64,000 nucleotides of DNA from Octopus vulgaris (GCA_951406725.2 OX597816.1:2728001-2792000), one strand, 5' to 3'; positions 13,531 to 28,672 are shown, counted from the first letter of the stretch. The notes: generated by a model not told the origin, from the letters alone. Numbers and translations: made by a program.

Positions 13531-15170
13531 ATGGAAAGAAATGTGTAAAGAAATGGGAAACTGTCTTTTATATAAACATAAATATTTCGAAGAATCGCAA
13601 GAAATTAAGCTCCAGAGTCAGCCTGTTTCCTTCTTTTGAAGTGTGAGACGTTCTGTCAATGTTAGAAACCAATATTGCTCCAGTGGGGTTTCCTTGCAGA
13701 CAGAACTAAGTTCTCTTCTATCTCATCACTTTTCTTCCTCCTCAACCCCTTCCTCCTCCTCCTCCTCCTCTTCTTCTTCTTCTTCTTCTTCTTCTTCTTC
13801 TTCTTCTTCTTCTTCTTCCACCTCCTCTTCATCTTCCCCTCTTCTTCTTCCTCCTCCTCCTCCTCCTCTTCTTCTTCTTCTTCTTCTTCTTCCACCTCCT
13901 CTTCATCTTCCCCTCTTCTTCTTCCTCCTCCTCCTCCTCTTCTTCTTCTTCTTCTTCCACCTCCTCTTCATCTTCCCCTCTTCTTCTTCTTCTTCCTCCT
14001 CCTCCTCCTCCTCCTCCTCCTCTTCTTCTTTTTCTTCTTCCACCTCCTCTTCCTCTTCCCCTCTTCTGCCTCCTCCGCCTCCTCTTCCTCCTCGTCCTCT
14101 TCCTCTACCCCCTCTTCTTCTTCCATAATTTTACAAGTAGTTGGAGGAAGAGAATAGAGGCTGACTGATGTGTGTATCTGTGTGTGTGTGTGTGTGTATG
14201 TGTGTGTGTGGGGGTTGCTTTGGTGTTGGTTTTAGAGAGGAAGATTCGCGAAACTTCCTTTTCGAGAATGGTAGTCTTCTTTAGTGTTTTAGATTTTGTT
14301 TTGGTTTGAACTGCTGCTGTTGTTGTTGCTGCTGCTGCTATCCTGGTTGCTATTGCTCGTTTTATTACTGCCGTTGATGTTGTGTTCTTGGCGTTCGCAA
14401 CAAAGTGTATTTTGCTCTCTTAACCAGTGACAGAAATCATTCTGCTGCTTGTTGCTGGCGCATGCGTAACACCCATGCCTCACATCACAATTCTTATCTT
14501 TCGTCCACTTCTAAATATCTGATGTCAGCAGTCTTTGACGTGTCGTCAGGGTGTGACCAATATCTTTACCTCTATTCTGAGCTTTAGTCTTTTCTGGTTG
14601 GGGAGTAATGATCTGAAGGTCTGGAATTCTGGTGATCTTGGGTCCCGCTCTGCAATAGATGGACTTTAGCCAGAATTTCTCTTTCGTTACAGGTGAACGT
14701 TCTTGCCACCACTTTGGCCAAATCCATTGGCCATAACATTGTCTGATTTAAGTTGGTGCCAGTGACGATGGCAAAATTATTGCTTTTGGTGGCGGCCGAA
14801 ACAAATACCGCCAGGTATTTATTTCCTCACACTAATCACTCTCACTTCGAATTTTGCCAAAATGAAAATATTCTTCAATTTTATTTTTTTACTTTAGTAT
14901 ATTTTAAAAATTCCGTTTTGACTTTTATGGTTTTTATATCTTTTGTTTACAAATTTTCTTTTTTTTTTTCCAAAATATTTCGTTTCGTGTTTATGTTGCT
15001 TTGATCTTTATTGTTACACACAAAACAGAGAAAAGTTTTGTTCTCTCCTGGTGTCGTTTTATTATACTAATCAGTTAACCTTTGATTACTTCAAAGCACT
15101 TTCTCTAAGACCGCTGTGGTTATTTCATAATAGTTGTCTATTTGTATCAGGTTTCTTTCTTCCTGTACAC

Positions 15171-15251
<81 letters not shown>

Positions 15252-15679
15252 TATATGTGTGTGTGTATAAATTTTAAAGTTTGAAAAGCAGTGAACTGTT
15301 TAATGTTTTTTTTCTTCTTGTCTCGGTTCTCCGGTTCACTTGACTTTAATTTTATTGAGCCTGTTTTAGTTTTTGATCTGTGGCTCAAAGTCAGCCGAGA
15401 TCAAGCCAACATATGATCAATTACTTTCCCCGCATGACCATCTCGTCTTTTATTCAGCCATACTCTTCTTCGGACTACCTTTTCTAATGTGCTTTTTTTA
15501 AAAGACGGTAGGATATGACTTGGAGTAGATTTAGTAGATTTGGCTGCTATTTCTCGCAAGAAGAGAGAGCAAGTAGGGGCCTTTCCGTTGGCTCGGTTGA
15601 ATTTGTAGTCTGGGATTACGATTAGTGTCGTTATTGTATTTAGAATCTTATTTCTGGATTTTGATTTTGGATTTTGATA

Positions 15680-15895
15680 TTGCTTTAAATTTTGGCACAA
15701 GGTAAACAATTCTAAGAGGAAGGAATTATTCCCTTGCATCGACCCGATACTTGACTCACACTTTATTGTATCAACTCCAAAAGGATGAAAGGCAAAGTCG
15801 ACCTCAGCAGTACTTGAACTCACATCATAAAGAACATGAAGCAATACTGCAAGGCATTAATGTCCGACGTTTTATCGATTCTTCCAGCTCGTCTC
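15680..15895 (-). mobile_element. SINE family A, diverged
   Basis: AAAGGATGAAAGGCAAAGTCGACCTC core on + strand (reverse orientation). Confidence 0.75.
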
Positions 15896-16099
15896 CCTGG
15901 ATACGGTTTATAGGGTTTCCTTAATATTTATTACCAAATGAGGTGCGATTCAGTAAATTCATTAACAACATCAGAGTTTGAGAGAAAAAAAAGAAGTCCT
16001 CCGGTTGGGAGAAGGGATTATAATTTCCTTTTTTTATAGGGGACCAGACGGATTTTTAATACTCTTCATCGTGCAGCATTATTGATGTCGTCCATTGAG

Positions 16100-16330
16100 T
16101 CGGTGAGCTGGCAGAACCGTTAGCGCGCCGGGCGAAATGCGTAGCCGTATTTCGTCTGCCGTTACGTTCTGAGTTAAAATTCCGCCGAGGTCGACTTTGC
16201 CTTTCATCCTTTCGAGGTCGATAAATTAAGTACCAGTTACGCACTGGGATCAATGTAATCAACTTAATCCGTTTGTCTGTCCTTGTTTGTCCCCTCTGTG
16301 TTTAGCCCCTTGTGGGTAGTAAAGAAATAT
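16100..16330 (+). mobile_element. SINE family A, full length
   Basis: GAGCTGGCAGAACCGTTAGC head, B-box-like GAGTTAAAATTCC, core and tail; ATTGATGTCGTCCATT repeated on both flanks (16081, 16331). Confidence 0.9.
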
Positions 16331-17176
16331 ATTGATGTCGTCCATTCTGACATGACGTTGCTCACACACACACATACACACGACTGCTTTCTTTCAGTTT
16401 CCGTCTGCGAAATCCACTCACAAGGATTTGGTCGACTCGAGGCTATAGTAGAAGACACCTGCCCAAGGTGCCACACAGTGGCACTGCACATGGAACCGCG
16501 TGGTTGGAAAGCAAGCTTCTTATCACACGGCCACGCCTGAAGACTTCTTTCTCAGGCCCCTGGTGTTTATTCCCCCGGCCCCCTACACCAACCTCTTAGA
16601 AACAGTCTGTTGCTGACTTTGGTCCTGCAAATAGTCGGATGCTGTAGTTCCATGCTCATGTGGATTTGTTATAAAGACGAACGAAACCTGTACAATGGAG
16701 CTGAGCATTTATTTCCAGGAAAACAAAATCTTTGATGAGAAACAGGTGCGCCAGAAAAAAATAGCGAAGCCAAACATTTGTCTTTAATATTCAACTTCGT
16801 AAAAAACACATATTTCACAAATATGTCTGCAATCATTTTGTTTACAGACATATTTCGTAGGTGTTCTTCTTGCTGCGCATTCTTCAAAATGTACGAAAAT
16901 ATTTATTATTAAATCCACATAGACCTACCACAAAAGTAGTACAAATGCTATACTAACAGAAGGAAACTACAAAGACGGCCCCAAGTGGAGGCTAAAGTCC
17001 ACACCCGAAGCGACAGAACAAACACGGCTGTGGCCATAAGCAACGCTGGTTCCAGCTAATATGGTGGCTCTGAACTGAGAAAGAAAAATGCGGTCTGTTA
17101 ATCTCAGCTACACACACACACGCACACACACACATACACGCACATACACACACACACACACACGCGCGCACGCACG

Positions 17177-17221
<45 letters not shown>

Positions 17222-17354
17222 GCACACACACAAAAAGCGCATATGCGTGTGAGCGTGCTTATGTTCGTGCATGTGTTCGTGCGTGCATTTGTATATGTGT
17301 GTGTGTATACATACACACATACAAACATATATATATATATATATATATATATCT

Positions 17355-17573
17355 TCTGCTTGTTTCAATCATTGGACTGCGGCCATGCTGGGGCACTGTC
17401 TTCAAGGACTTTAATCGAACAAATCGATTCCACTGCTTACGTTTTGTATTTAAAGTTTGGTCCATATTTAAAGATCGGTCTATGTTGTCGAACCGCTAAT
17501 TTACGGGGATGTAAACAAACCTACACTGGTTGTCAGACGGTGGAGGAAGATGACAAGCACACAAAGGCACACA

Positions 17574-17633
<60 letters not shown>

Positions 17634-17795
17634 AATGTTTCGTTTAATGTAGAACACATACTCATTATATTTTTACAAAAAGAATGGTGACAGTGACTTC
17701 AAAGTTTCGACCTGAACATTCTGAAGAAGAGGCTAGCTTCCATCTACCAAATTCACTTACAAGACATTGGTCGGCCCGGGGCTGTAGTAGAAGAC
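17355..17795 (-). mobile_element. SINE family B (CORE-like, internal microsatellite)
   Basis: Matches 55090-55502; other copies at about 8690, 16340, 19805, 25095, 49215, 52715, 57660, 60550. Confidence 0.75.
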
Positions 17796-17829
17796 ATGTT
17801 CTTTTTCAAATGGAACTTTAAAAAAGTCC

Positions 17830-18056
17830 ACGAAGTCTTGACTAACTTCTGTAAGTTATCCATGGTAGTTTCCAGGCCGAAAATCCTCTGAAACGGACCC
17901 GCTACTTTGTCGTAGTCGACGCCCAGAATTTCATTGAGAACCTCATCGCTCTGATCCACTTCTAGATCTCTATATGTTGTTATCGTAGGACTTCCAGCGA
18001 CTGCCTTGATCGGCTGGTAGAGGATGGTGGGCACCTGACGGTATTCCAGGTGCCGC
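17830..18056 (-). mobile_element. Tx1/L1-clade ORF2 fragment
   Basis: YRDLEVDQSDEVLNEILGVD..FQRIFGLETTMDNLQK aligns with YRGLVEGRYDDDLGANLGVD..FETTFGPGPMDNFQR of ORF 25305-26393. Confidence 0.7.
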
Positions 18057-18903
18057 ATAATAATATCTTTTATTTGTTAAAATGGCTTCGGATGAGGTGT
18101 TCATTACAAAGATAGGTTATAATTTCTACAAAAGGGTTAGTGAGTTAGGATTTGCATAAAACTGAGAGAAGGAAAAAATAGGGAGAAATAAAATGAAAAT
18201 CTTATATAGCATTCAGAATGTATGCAGAAAATATGTAGCTCTACGATTATTATGATTGTTACGTAATGCTGGGCTTCCTGAAACAGATGTCGAGTTAAGT
18301 ATTCAACATTTATGAATATATGGATGATACTGTCTTCCTCGATGTCGAACCAAGTAAGAATCAAAGTAGACCACAAGACCATGATCAATCTAACCATCCA
18401 GGGCACATGCTCTCTCTCAGCTGTTGTTCTCCGATTTACAGGGTCATGCTTGGAGGAGTTCCTCTTATTCGAACCCTTTTTGTCACATTCCCCGACCATT
18501 TGATAACTTCACTAATGGAGTGAATGTTCCTTCTCTCCATCACTTTCTTTTCCGAATGGAATCTGAAAAAGTCGGCCGAGGGGTGGGGCGGGGGTTCTGT
18601 TGAAGAAGTAAGTATATGCGTCCTCTCCTAACAATATGATTTCCTTCATTTACCACTAGATGTCGCTAGATGAAGTGAACCATTATATTTGTCAGTTATA
18701 TCAAGGATAGGGATTTGCATAGAAATCAAAGAAAAAGAAAAAAGAAAGAAGATAAAAGTACGCATAATAAAAGTAATGAAAGAGTCCTGCTGATGCAGGA
18801 GGGCTCCAGCTTGGGCCAACCAAGGAACCTCACAGATCTGAGATCACTCTGATCAGTAAGGCCAAGTGACTTCTTCTAAATTTCAATCTGTCCATAATAA
18901 TGA

Positions 18904-18904
<1 letters not shown>

Positions 18905-18969
<65 letters not shown>

Positions 18970-19065
18970 CACCACCACCACCACCGCCGCCGCCGCCGCC
19001 ACTACTACTACCACTACCGCCGCCACCACCACCACCACCACCACCACCACCACCACCAGCACCAG

Positions 19066-19102
<37 letters not shown>
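18905..19102. repeat. (TAC)n/(CAC)n/(CGC)n trinucleotide mosaic
   Basis: Direct reading. Confidence 0.95.
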
Positions 19103-19103
<1 letters not shown>

Positions 19104-19130
19104 GATAAAAGATCGGTGCAAGTGTGAAGG

Positions 19131-19285
19131 TAGAACACCAACAAAAATCAGCATTGCTTGGAACTGCAAGAATTCTTCACAGGGTTCTTGAAGCATGACC
19201 AGTAAACAAGTGTCACCTTGGTCTGCTGGGTATGATGAAAAGTGTCCCTTTTCATCATGCCCAGCAAAATAAGCTTAGAGTTTTC

Positions 19286-19336
<51 letters not shown>

Positions 19337-19345
19337 TAACAATAA
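19131..19345 (+). mobile_element. R4/Dong retrotransposon 3' end with (TAA)n tail
   Basis: EHQQKSALLGTARILHRVLEA*, short 3'UTR, (TAA)n; second copy at 57141-57300. Confidence 0.75.
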
Positions 19346-19741
19346 TCATGTGTATATGCGCCTGTGTTTGAAGTGTTTATTCATAAATAGCTATTTATAG
19401 GAGTTAATGTGTGATCTGAGGTGAAATTATAATGGCTCGCAGATAGAGAGGCAATTTAGTTTAAATATAGAGAAATAAAAATAGAAAAACAAAACAAAAC
19501 AAAAACAACAAAAACATTAAAACAACAACAAAGCAAAAAGCAACAACAAACAAATGGACTAAAATAATCCCAAGGAAAAGCAAACGAGTGGAGAACACAC
19601 ACACCCTCCCCCAGCCCCGCTCCTTCCATTGGACAAAGACATAATTGTTTTGTAGGAATATAAAGAGATCCCGGCGGGATATGGAATCACGTCTCTTTCT
19701 GAGCTCTGGGTGCGCGCCCACGCATATGAATATTGCTACTC

Positions 19742-19775
<34 letters not shown>

Positions 19776-20370
19776 TATTGACAGCATTTGAGGCTATCAC
19801 GATGTCTTTTACTTGTTTCAGTCATTCAGTCATTGGACTGCGGCCATTTCGGGGCACCGTCTTGCAGGGATTGTTACTCGACTGAATCGACCCTTTATAT
19901 TTTTAAAGCCTGGCACTTATTCTATGGGTCTGTTTTGCCGAAGCACTACGTTCGGGGTCATAAACAAACCAACACCGCTTGTCAAACTGTCCAGCGGGTG
20001 ACAAACACAGACACAAGGCACGCAAACACACACACACACACATTATCGATCGCGCACACCCATTGTATGTATTTTGCTCGTTCGCCGGGGTTCGCTGCTG
20101 CACAGCGTTTTGGGGACGACTCCCTCATAGCACTTGTGGGAAAACACTGGAAAGTCATATACAGGCGGATGTGGAGGCGATTGGTCCCGCCTGTCTATGA
20201 CTTCCAGATGTTTTAATACCCAGAATTACGAGAGAGTCGTCTCCAAAGCGCTACGAGGCAGCGAAGCGGCGAACAAGTAAAATACAAACATTGGATATGT
20301 GCGGTTGATAATGTTTACAATGCTAGCGCTGCTTTTAATTCGCAATTCAGTATGTGTGTGTGTGTGTGTA

Positions 20371-20692
20371 ATCATCACCATCACCATCATCATTACCATC
20401 ATCATCATCATCATCATCGTCATCATCATCGTCATCGTCATCATCATCATCATCATCATCGTCATCGTCATTGTCATCATCATCATCGTCATCGTCATCG
20501 TCATCGTCATCATCATCATCATCATCATCATCATCGTCATCGTCATCGTCATCATCATCATCATCGTCATCGTCATCATCATCATCATCATCATCGTCAT
20601 CATCATCATCATCGTCATCATCATCATCGTCATCGTCATCGTCATCATCATCATCGTCATCGTCATCGTCATCATCATCATCATCGTCGTCG

Positions 20693-20729
<37 letters not shown>

Positions 20730-20782
20730 TATCATCATCGTCGTCGTCATCATCATCATCATCATCATCGTCGTCATCATCA
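20371..20782. repeat. (CAT/CGT)n microsatellite
   Basis: Direct reading. Confidence 0.95.
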
Positions 20783-20878
20783 TTTTTCACTGTCTCCGCT
20801 TGCATCAGAATGCGCACCAGCATGAGATAGTTGCCTCTCCATAATATTCGATCTTTGGGCAAGAGCATAGAAGCAAAC

Positions 20879-20947
20879 TGTTGTGGCGAGAGTCACGACC
20901 CTCCCTGCAAGAACAGACTTAACAGAACGGCTATAAATAGTAGCAGT

Positions 20948-21020
<73 letters not shown>

Positions 21021-21227
21021 AGCGTTAATCGCAGGAAGTCGTCAGGTGTCGTTTTGGTAGTTTATCGGAATATCGTTTGTTGGTTCGATGTGTAGTCTGT
21101 GGAGAGTTTGTTGGATTATTACACTGTTGTCACCCAGCTTCGTTCTATGGTTATTGTTACTCCGCGGTTATAGTGTAAAAAAAGTATCGTCATAAACAGT
21201 GGCGATATTACAATAATTGGCGGCGAG
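20879..21227 (+). mobile_element. Possible LTR followed by a primer-binding site
   Basis: Starts TGTTGTG, TATA-like CTATAAATAG, ends TTACAATA then TGGCGGCGAG; no partner LTR found. Confidence 0.4.
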
Positions 21228-21254
21228 TAACTACGTTACGATACAAACTATGTC

Positions 21255-22150
21255 AAGACCTGTCCATGCGACGTTGTCTCTCCATCTCTTGAGTTGCCTG
21301 ACTCTGTTTCTCTTTCCATTAATCATACCGGCTGTAGTTGTAACTGGGCTTCATGTCGTTTAAGTCCTCCTGCCGAATTACACTCTCTTCCACAAGCCTG
21401 GCAGATATGATTAGTATGGTGTGTTACACCACCACCACCAGTGGCCAGGTTGTCACTCATCTGTGTCGCTTTATGACTACGAAGATGGCTCTTGAGTCCA
21501 GCTTTACTGAGGCAGGGTCTTGCACAGACACTGCATGTCAGCATCATAGGAAGACCCTTACCATCTGGAACTGCAACAACGATGCCCTTCCTGACATCCC
21601 TCCTTACTTTCTCATGCACAACTCAAGATTTCTCAAAAGTAGCTGTCCTCCCGTGCACAATCCTTCTCCACCTGCGACGATCAATAGCTATGCCCCCCCC
21701 CACCATGTGTCAGGAAAGATGCAAGCATCTCTTAAGGAAGCCTTCAGCAAGTCCTTATACCACTTATTTGGTTTATGTGGAGGTCGTTCTCCTTTAGCTA
21801 ACTTTCCATAAAAGAGTTGTTTTGGCATCCTTGAATCCTTCATCCTGACCAGATGGCCACTCCATCTGAGCCTTTGCTTTAACACAAGAGCTTCTATACT
21901 TTCACATCGAGAACCTTCCAATATTTCAAGATCACTGATGCGGTCCTCCTACTTAAGACCATAGATCCGTCTGAGGCACATCTGATGGAAACGTTCCAGT
22001 TGTTTAAGGTGGTATCGATATGTGACCCAGGTCTTGCAGGCATAGAGAAGAGAAGGGAGCACAAATGCCTTGTACACCTTTATCTTTGTCTTTCTGCATA
22101 TGTCTCGCCGACTCCAGAGGCGCTTTTCTAGCCTTCCGAAAGCATCACTT
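21255..22150 (-). mobile_element. RTE (BovB-like) LINE, 5'-truncated and decayed
   Basis: AFGRLEKRLW, TKIKVYKAFVLPSLLYACKTW, LERFHQMCLRRI, RLRWSGHLVRMKDSRMPKQLFYG, C2H2-like CSVC..GLKSHLRSH and CQAC..GLKRH. Confidence 0.92.
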
Positions 22151-22172
22151 TCTAAATTTCCTAAATTATACA

Positions 22173-22206
<34 letters not shown>

Positions 22207-22292
22207 CACATGCATATATACACATACATACACACATGCGTACGTACATACATACATACATACATACATACATACATACATACATACATACA

Positions 22293-22326
<34 letters not shown>

Positions 22327-22339
22327 CATACATACATAC

Positions 22340-22613
22340 ATACCAATAATAGTTGGAGCACTAAGTTTCATAAGTAAATGCTTAAAGGATAAACAGGGAT
22401 TTTCAGAAAGAGAAATCGACCGGCTGATTCGTACATTACAAGTGCAATCTGTGAGCGGAACAGTAAAAGTATGCAAGACTTTTCTCAAGTTCCAAATGTG
22501 AATTTGTCAGTGTTAACTACATCCCAAAGATGGAGCCTTGTACCTTTGTTGGAAACCGGTTCCCTCCTCAGTGGAAGATTTATAATAGTTAAAAAATAGA
22601 AGACATAAATACA
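22340..22613 (+). mobile_element. R4/Dong-like retrotransposon 3' end embedded in (CATA)n
   Basis: IPIIVGAL...LQVQSVSGTVKVCKTFLKF*, typical RLE-domain C-terminus; (CATA)n on both sides. Confidence 0.7.
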
Positions 22614-22672
22614 TATATACATACATACATGCCAGGCACGTGCCGTCAGGCTGTTGGTGACGTTTATGCAGT

Positions 22673-22732
<60 letters not shown>

Positions 22733-23015
22733 TACATACATACATACATACATACATACATAAATACATACATACATACATACATACATACACACATACA
22801 TACATACACATACATACATACACACACACACATACATACATACACATGCATATATACACATACATACACACATGCGTACGTACATACATACATACATACA
22901 TACATACATACATACATACATACATACATACATGCTTACATACACACACATATACATACATACATACATACATACATACACAAGCATACTTATATACATA
23001 CATACATACATACAC

Positions 23016-23570
23016 ATGGTGGCTTCCCCCTCGTTATCGAGTATGGCCATTGCACGAAGCTTAATCAATGTTGTTATCGTGCAATGCCTGTGCAAGAAGA
23101 TTTTTTTTAAGTGAGGAAAGGCTGTGCACTGAGTCAGTCCCACTCACTAAGCAACAGCAGCCATAATCCGAAAAGAAGAACCAGTCAACATCATCGGTAA
23201 CCACTGAGCTGCAGGTTTTATGTCGGAGTTGTCCCAGTTACCTGAGTTCCCTTCTCCTAGAAGGATGCCCTAACAAAGGCTAGGAGTCCTTCACTCCCAA
23301 TGGTTTAACCGCGCGATCGGGTATTCAGTCCGATTATTTCTATGTCCCTGCGCATGATACAGCCTTTAAGACATTTATTGGATGGCCGTTGATTCTCAAG
23401 AGTTCCTCCGCCCTTTGACGGGTTTTGTTTTTCATCCCGCAGGGTGTCCAATAAACACCCTCCTCACCAAGCAAGCTTGGTGGGGTTGCCGGTTTAGTCG
23501 CCGACGACCCAACCATGCAACAGGTTGTACTGGGTTACATGTTACCAGCAGCACTCGAAAGTGACCTGAC
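23016..23570 (-). mobile_element. Non-autonomous bipartite RTE-derived element
   Basis: RTE 5'UTR-type motif CTAGGAGAAGGGAACTC, no ORF, 3' end GCCATACTCGATAACGAGGGGGAAGCCACC(ATGT)n. Confidence 0.6.
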
Positions 23571-23645
23571 ATATACATACATACATACATACATACATAC
23601 ATACATACATACATACATACATACATACATACATACATACATACA

Positions 23646-23930
23646 TGGTGGAAATCAAGTCCTAACCGAATAAGACCACTTCCTAAACTCAGTAAGTCTG
23701 TGCAAACGTTCCAAGAGTCCAAGAAATTCCTGTCATTGAATTTGTTTTGAGTGGATAAAATGCTGCACAGCACAGAACCCACTTTTCAGGGGAACCAATT
23801 ATAAAACCAGAAACACGACCGGGAACCGACTGCCCTTGAGGTCTTTTATTTTTTTCTATATAAGAGTTTACCTTCCCCTAGAAGGAAGTTCTAACCGGAA
23901 CTAAGGGCCCTTCACTCCCAGTGGTTCACA
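23646..23930 (-). mobile_element. Second internally deleted RTE-derived element
   Basis: Shares GGGAGTGAAGG...CCTTCTAGG motif with the previous element, endonuclease-start remnant SWNVCT, ends CCACC(ATGT)n. Confidence 0.5.
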
Positions 23931-24509
23931 TGTTAATTAACCCTAAGCTGGGACCCTAACAGGGGCTGCTACTCCGGGTCAGAGTTGACCTGGGAACAAT
24001 GGTGGCCAAAATGTGGTTCCACATTCCTCCAACAACCGGACGCAGTTTAAAGACATACATACATACGTGCATGCACACACGCACACACATACACACACAC
24101 ACACGCATACGCACACACACACACATACACACACACACGTACACACACGTACATACACTAGTAAGTGAACAAACGAAAGACTAGGTATTCAACACATTTG
24201 GTTGGAGTTACATATATTATGTATTTAATAACAACTTCATTGTGTTCCAAGCAACTTAAGTCTGAAAGGAACCTACGAAGCTTAAGATGCATGGAACCGA
24301 ATCAAGCTCTTATTAAATTATATGTATAATAAAGATTCAGTTGAATTAGGAACTTAAATTGAGGCACCTTGCTAGTTCGGTATAATCTGCACACCCAACA
24401 ATATTATTTGAATATTGAATATCAAGACTCCGTTTAGGGGGTATTTATACTCAATATTCCTGTTGTGTGTGTAGACAATGCAACCCAGCTAAGTGAAGAT
24501 ATCCACTGT

Positions 24510-24758
24510 TGGTAATTCAAACATGAATGTTTCGTTCATCATCCTTAATCAACCCTTATTCAGGGACCTTTTGAGCGGGATGGGTTACTCGACCAGAAGA
24601 AAATTCTAACTGGGCCCCACCTGCAAAGTGATGTGTTGTTTATCTTGATATGTGATCACCATGTCGCACACATATGGTTGTGATGCATGTGCCTGGTGTA
24701 CCCTTATCAGACGGGTAGTCATGATGGGTATACTGGGCTTCGTATATTTTACCCCAGC
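24510..24758. mobile_element. Partial copy of the (TAA)n-flanked element at 45201-45746
   Basis: Near-identical to 45470-45710. Confidence 0.85.
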
Positions 24759-25008
24759 GTAATTATAATAACACTAATCCTTGGATAGAGTTTATAAACA
24801 TTTAATGCATCGCTACGCGCGTTTCCACAAATCACATATTTCTTAGGAACACAGTCCTGGCATGATTACGGTGTAGTTCTTAGTATCCGTGGTCATCGGG
24901 TTGATCATCTTCAAGGATTCATTTCTTCAGACAGTGTAACATTAATGGATGTTCAACAGAGGTATGCTTATCCCTTCTGACCTGTGTGAAGGCTGGGTTA
25001 TACACACG

Positions 25009-25091
<83 letters not shown>

Positions 25092-25236
25092 ATCGCTTAT
25101 TTGTTTCAGTCATTAGACTACGGCCATACTGGGGCACTGCCTTGAAGAATTTTTAGTCGAATGAATCAACACTCATACTTGTTTTTTTAAAAAGCCTGAT
25201 GCTTATTCTTTTGCCGAACCGCTAAGTCACAGTGAT

Positions 25237-27074
<1,838 letters not shown>

Positions 27075-27135
27075 ACACAAACAAGCTTTTTCTTATATAA
27101 TGCATGTATATGTCCATTGACATATATATATAAAG

Positions 27136-27205
<70 letters not shown>

Positions 27206-27695
27206 GTATAAATACATCTAATATAGTTACGGATAGGACTTGACATCCGATATGCTTTTATATGTGTGTGTAAAATAGAGTGATAGATTATCGATACATA
27301 GGCAAAATGAGAAGAGGCTGAGAAACGAAATAAAAAGAGAAAAAAACAAAAACAACACAACCCAAACAGGACGATTCTTTATTTCTCTCTTCATTTGTCC
27401 TACTAAAAGAAAGAATGTCAGAGAATGGAAGATAAGACGTAGCGATTGTCTTACGTAAAAGAGTCCCTTTCATCTATCTATCGTGGTTTTCAGATTTGCT
27501 GGAGGTGTTGTTGTTGTTGTTGTTGTTGTTATGTGTGTGTATGTGTGTTTGAAAGAAGGGAGTTCTTTTTTTTTCGATTAATCTCCTCTAACACTCACAC
27601 GCACAACAGTACTAGCTCGCTCCAGGCGCACACTTGAAATATAACCTCTTGATGTACCACCACCACCACCACCACTACCACCACTACTACTACTG

Positions 27696-27736
<41 letters not shown>

Positions 27737-28186
27737 GCTGCTAGTCCCTGCCGTTTCGGTGGCACCAGCTTCAACCGTTCACAAGAAAGAATCGCGTGAA
27801 AGAGGGAACACGCCTCTCTGTATTCGCTCGTCTGGCTATAAATAGTAGCTAAACCTCCCTCATATCGTCTCCTGAACCTCTTAGATATCAGATGATGCAA
27901 GACTACACATCCCTTAAAAAGACAGGGTGGTCATTGTTGGAGTACCGTTGATCACATGTCTGCCGCTCGGACGGGACTGGTCCGTGTGTTTAAACTGTAA
28001 CATTACCAACGTCACTAGTAAACAGTAGTAGGACTGTTGTTGCTATTAGTAAGTTAGTTCTGAGAGTGTGCGTTTCAAGTACCATCAGAAGCCGTCGCTG
28101 GCTTCCGTCGAAAGCGAGCGAGACCCGGTTTACGATTTCAACCTGCTGCTGGAAGGGAGAGATAAAATAAAACGGTTTTGAATAAA

Positions 28187-28224
<38 letters not shown>

Positions 28225-28536
28225 GAAAAAGGAAGAGAAAAAACAATCAGTCAGAAGGAAAGAAAAGAATAACGGGGAGAGAGAGAGAGAGAGAGAGAGG
28301 GAAACAAGCTTGAAGGAGGGGGTAAAAGGAGAGAGATAGAGAGAGAAAAGAAGCAGCGAGTGGTGGCAGGTCTATTATTTTCCATGTTACCACAGTAACT
28401 GTCAGCATCATCATCATCATCATCATCATCATCTCCCTCACTGCTCTAGTCTCGAAGAACGGTGAAGACTTTCTCTCTGTCTCTCTGTTCTTCTCTCTCT
28501 CTCTTTCTTGAAACTCTTCAATGTGGTGGCGTCAAT

Positions 28537-28672
28537 ATGGCAACGCAGGTGGAGCAACGCGCTTCGAATGGCGGCATTAGCAGCGTGTCTTTGGATATAG
28601 ACGATGATACCTTGATATCGAGGGCCGAAAGAAGACCTTTAACTCTTTCAAGATGCCGCAATTTGTACCAAG
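28537..28672 (+). CDS. Candidate first coding exon of an unidentified host gene (MATQVEQRASNGGISSVSLDIDDDTLISRAERRPLTLSRCRNLYQ, phase 1)
   Basis: Good Kozak context AATATGG, non-repetitive codon-like composition, ends at AAG|GTAATA donor with abrupt switch to AT-rich sequence; no downstream exon identified. Confidence 0.6.

Noticed and set aside
14420-14800. Minus-strand coding exon
   Set aside because: Frame broken; CYAC remnant suggests decayed LINE ORF1 but is too weak to call.
21323-21619. Host C2H2 zinc-finger gene
   Set aside because: Fingers are contiguous with the RTE ORF C-terminus.
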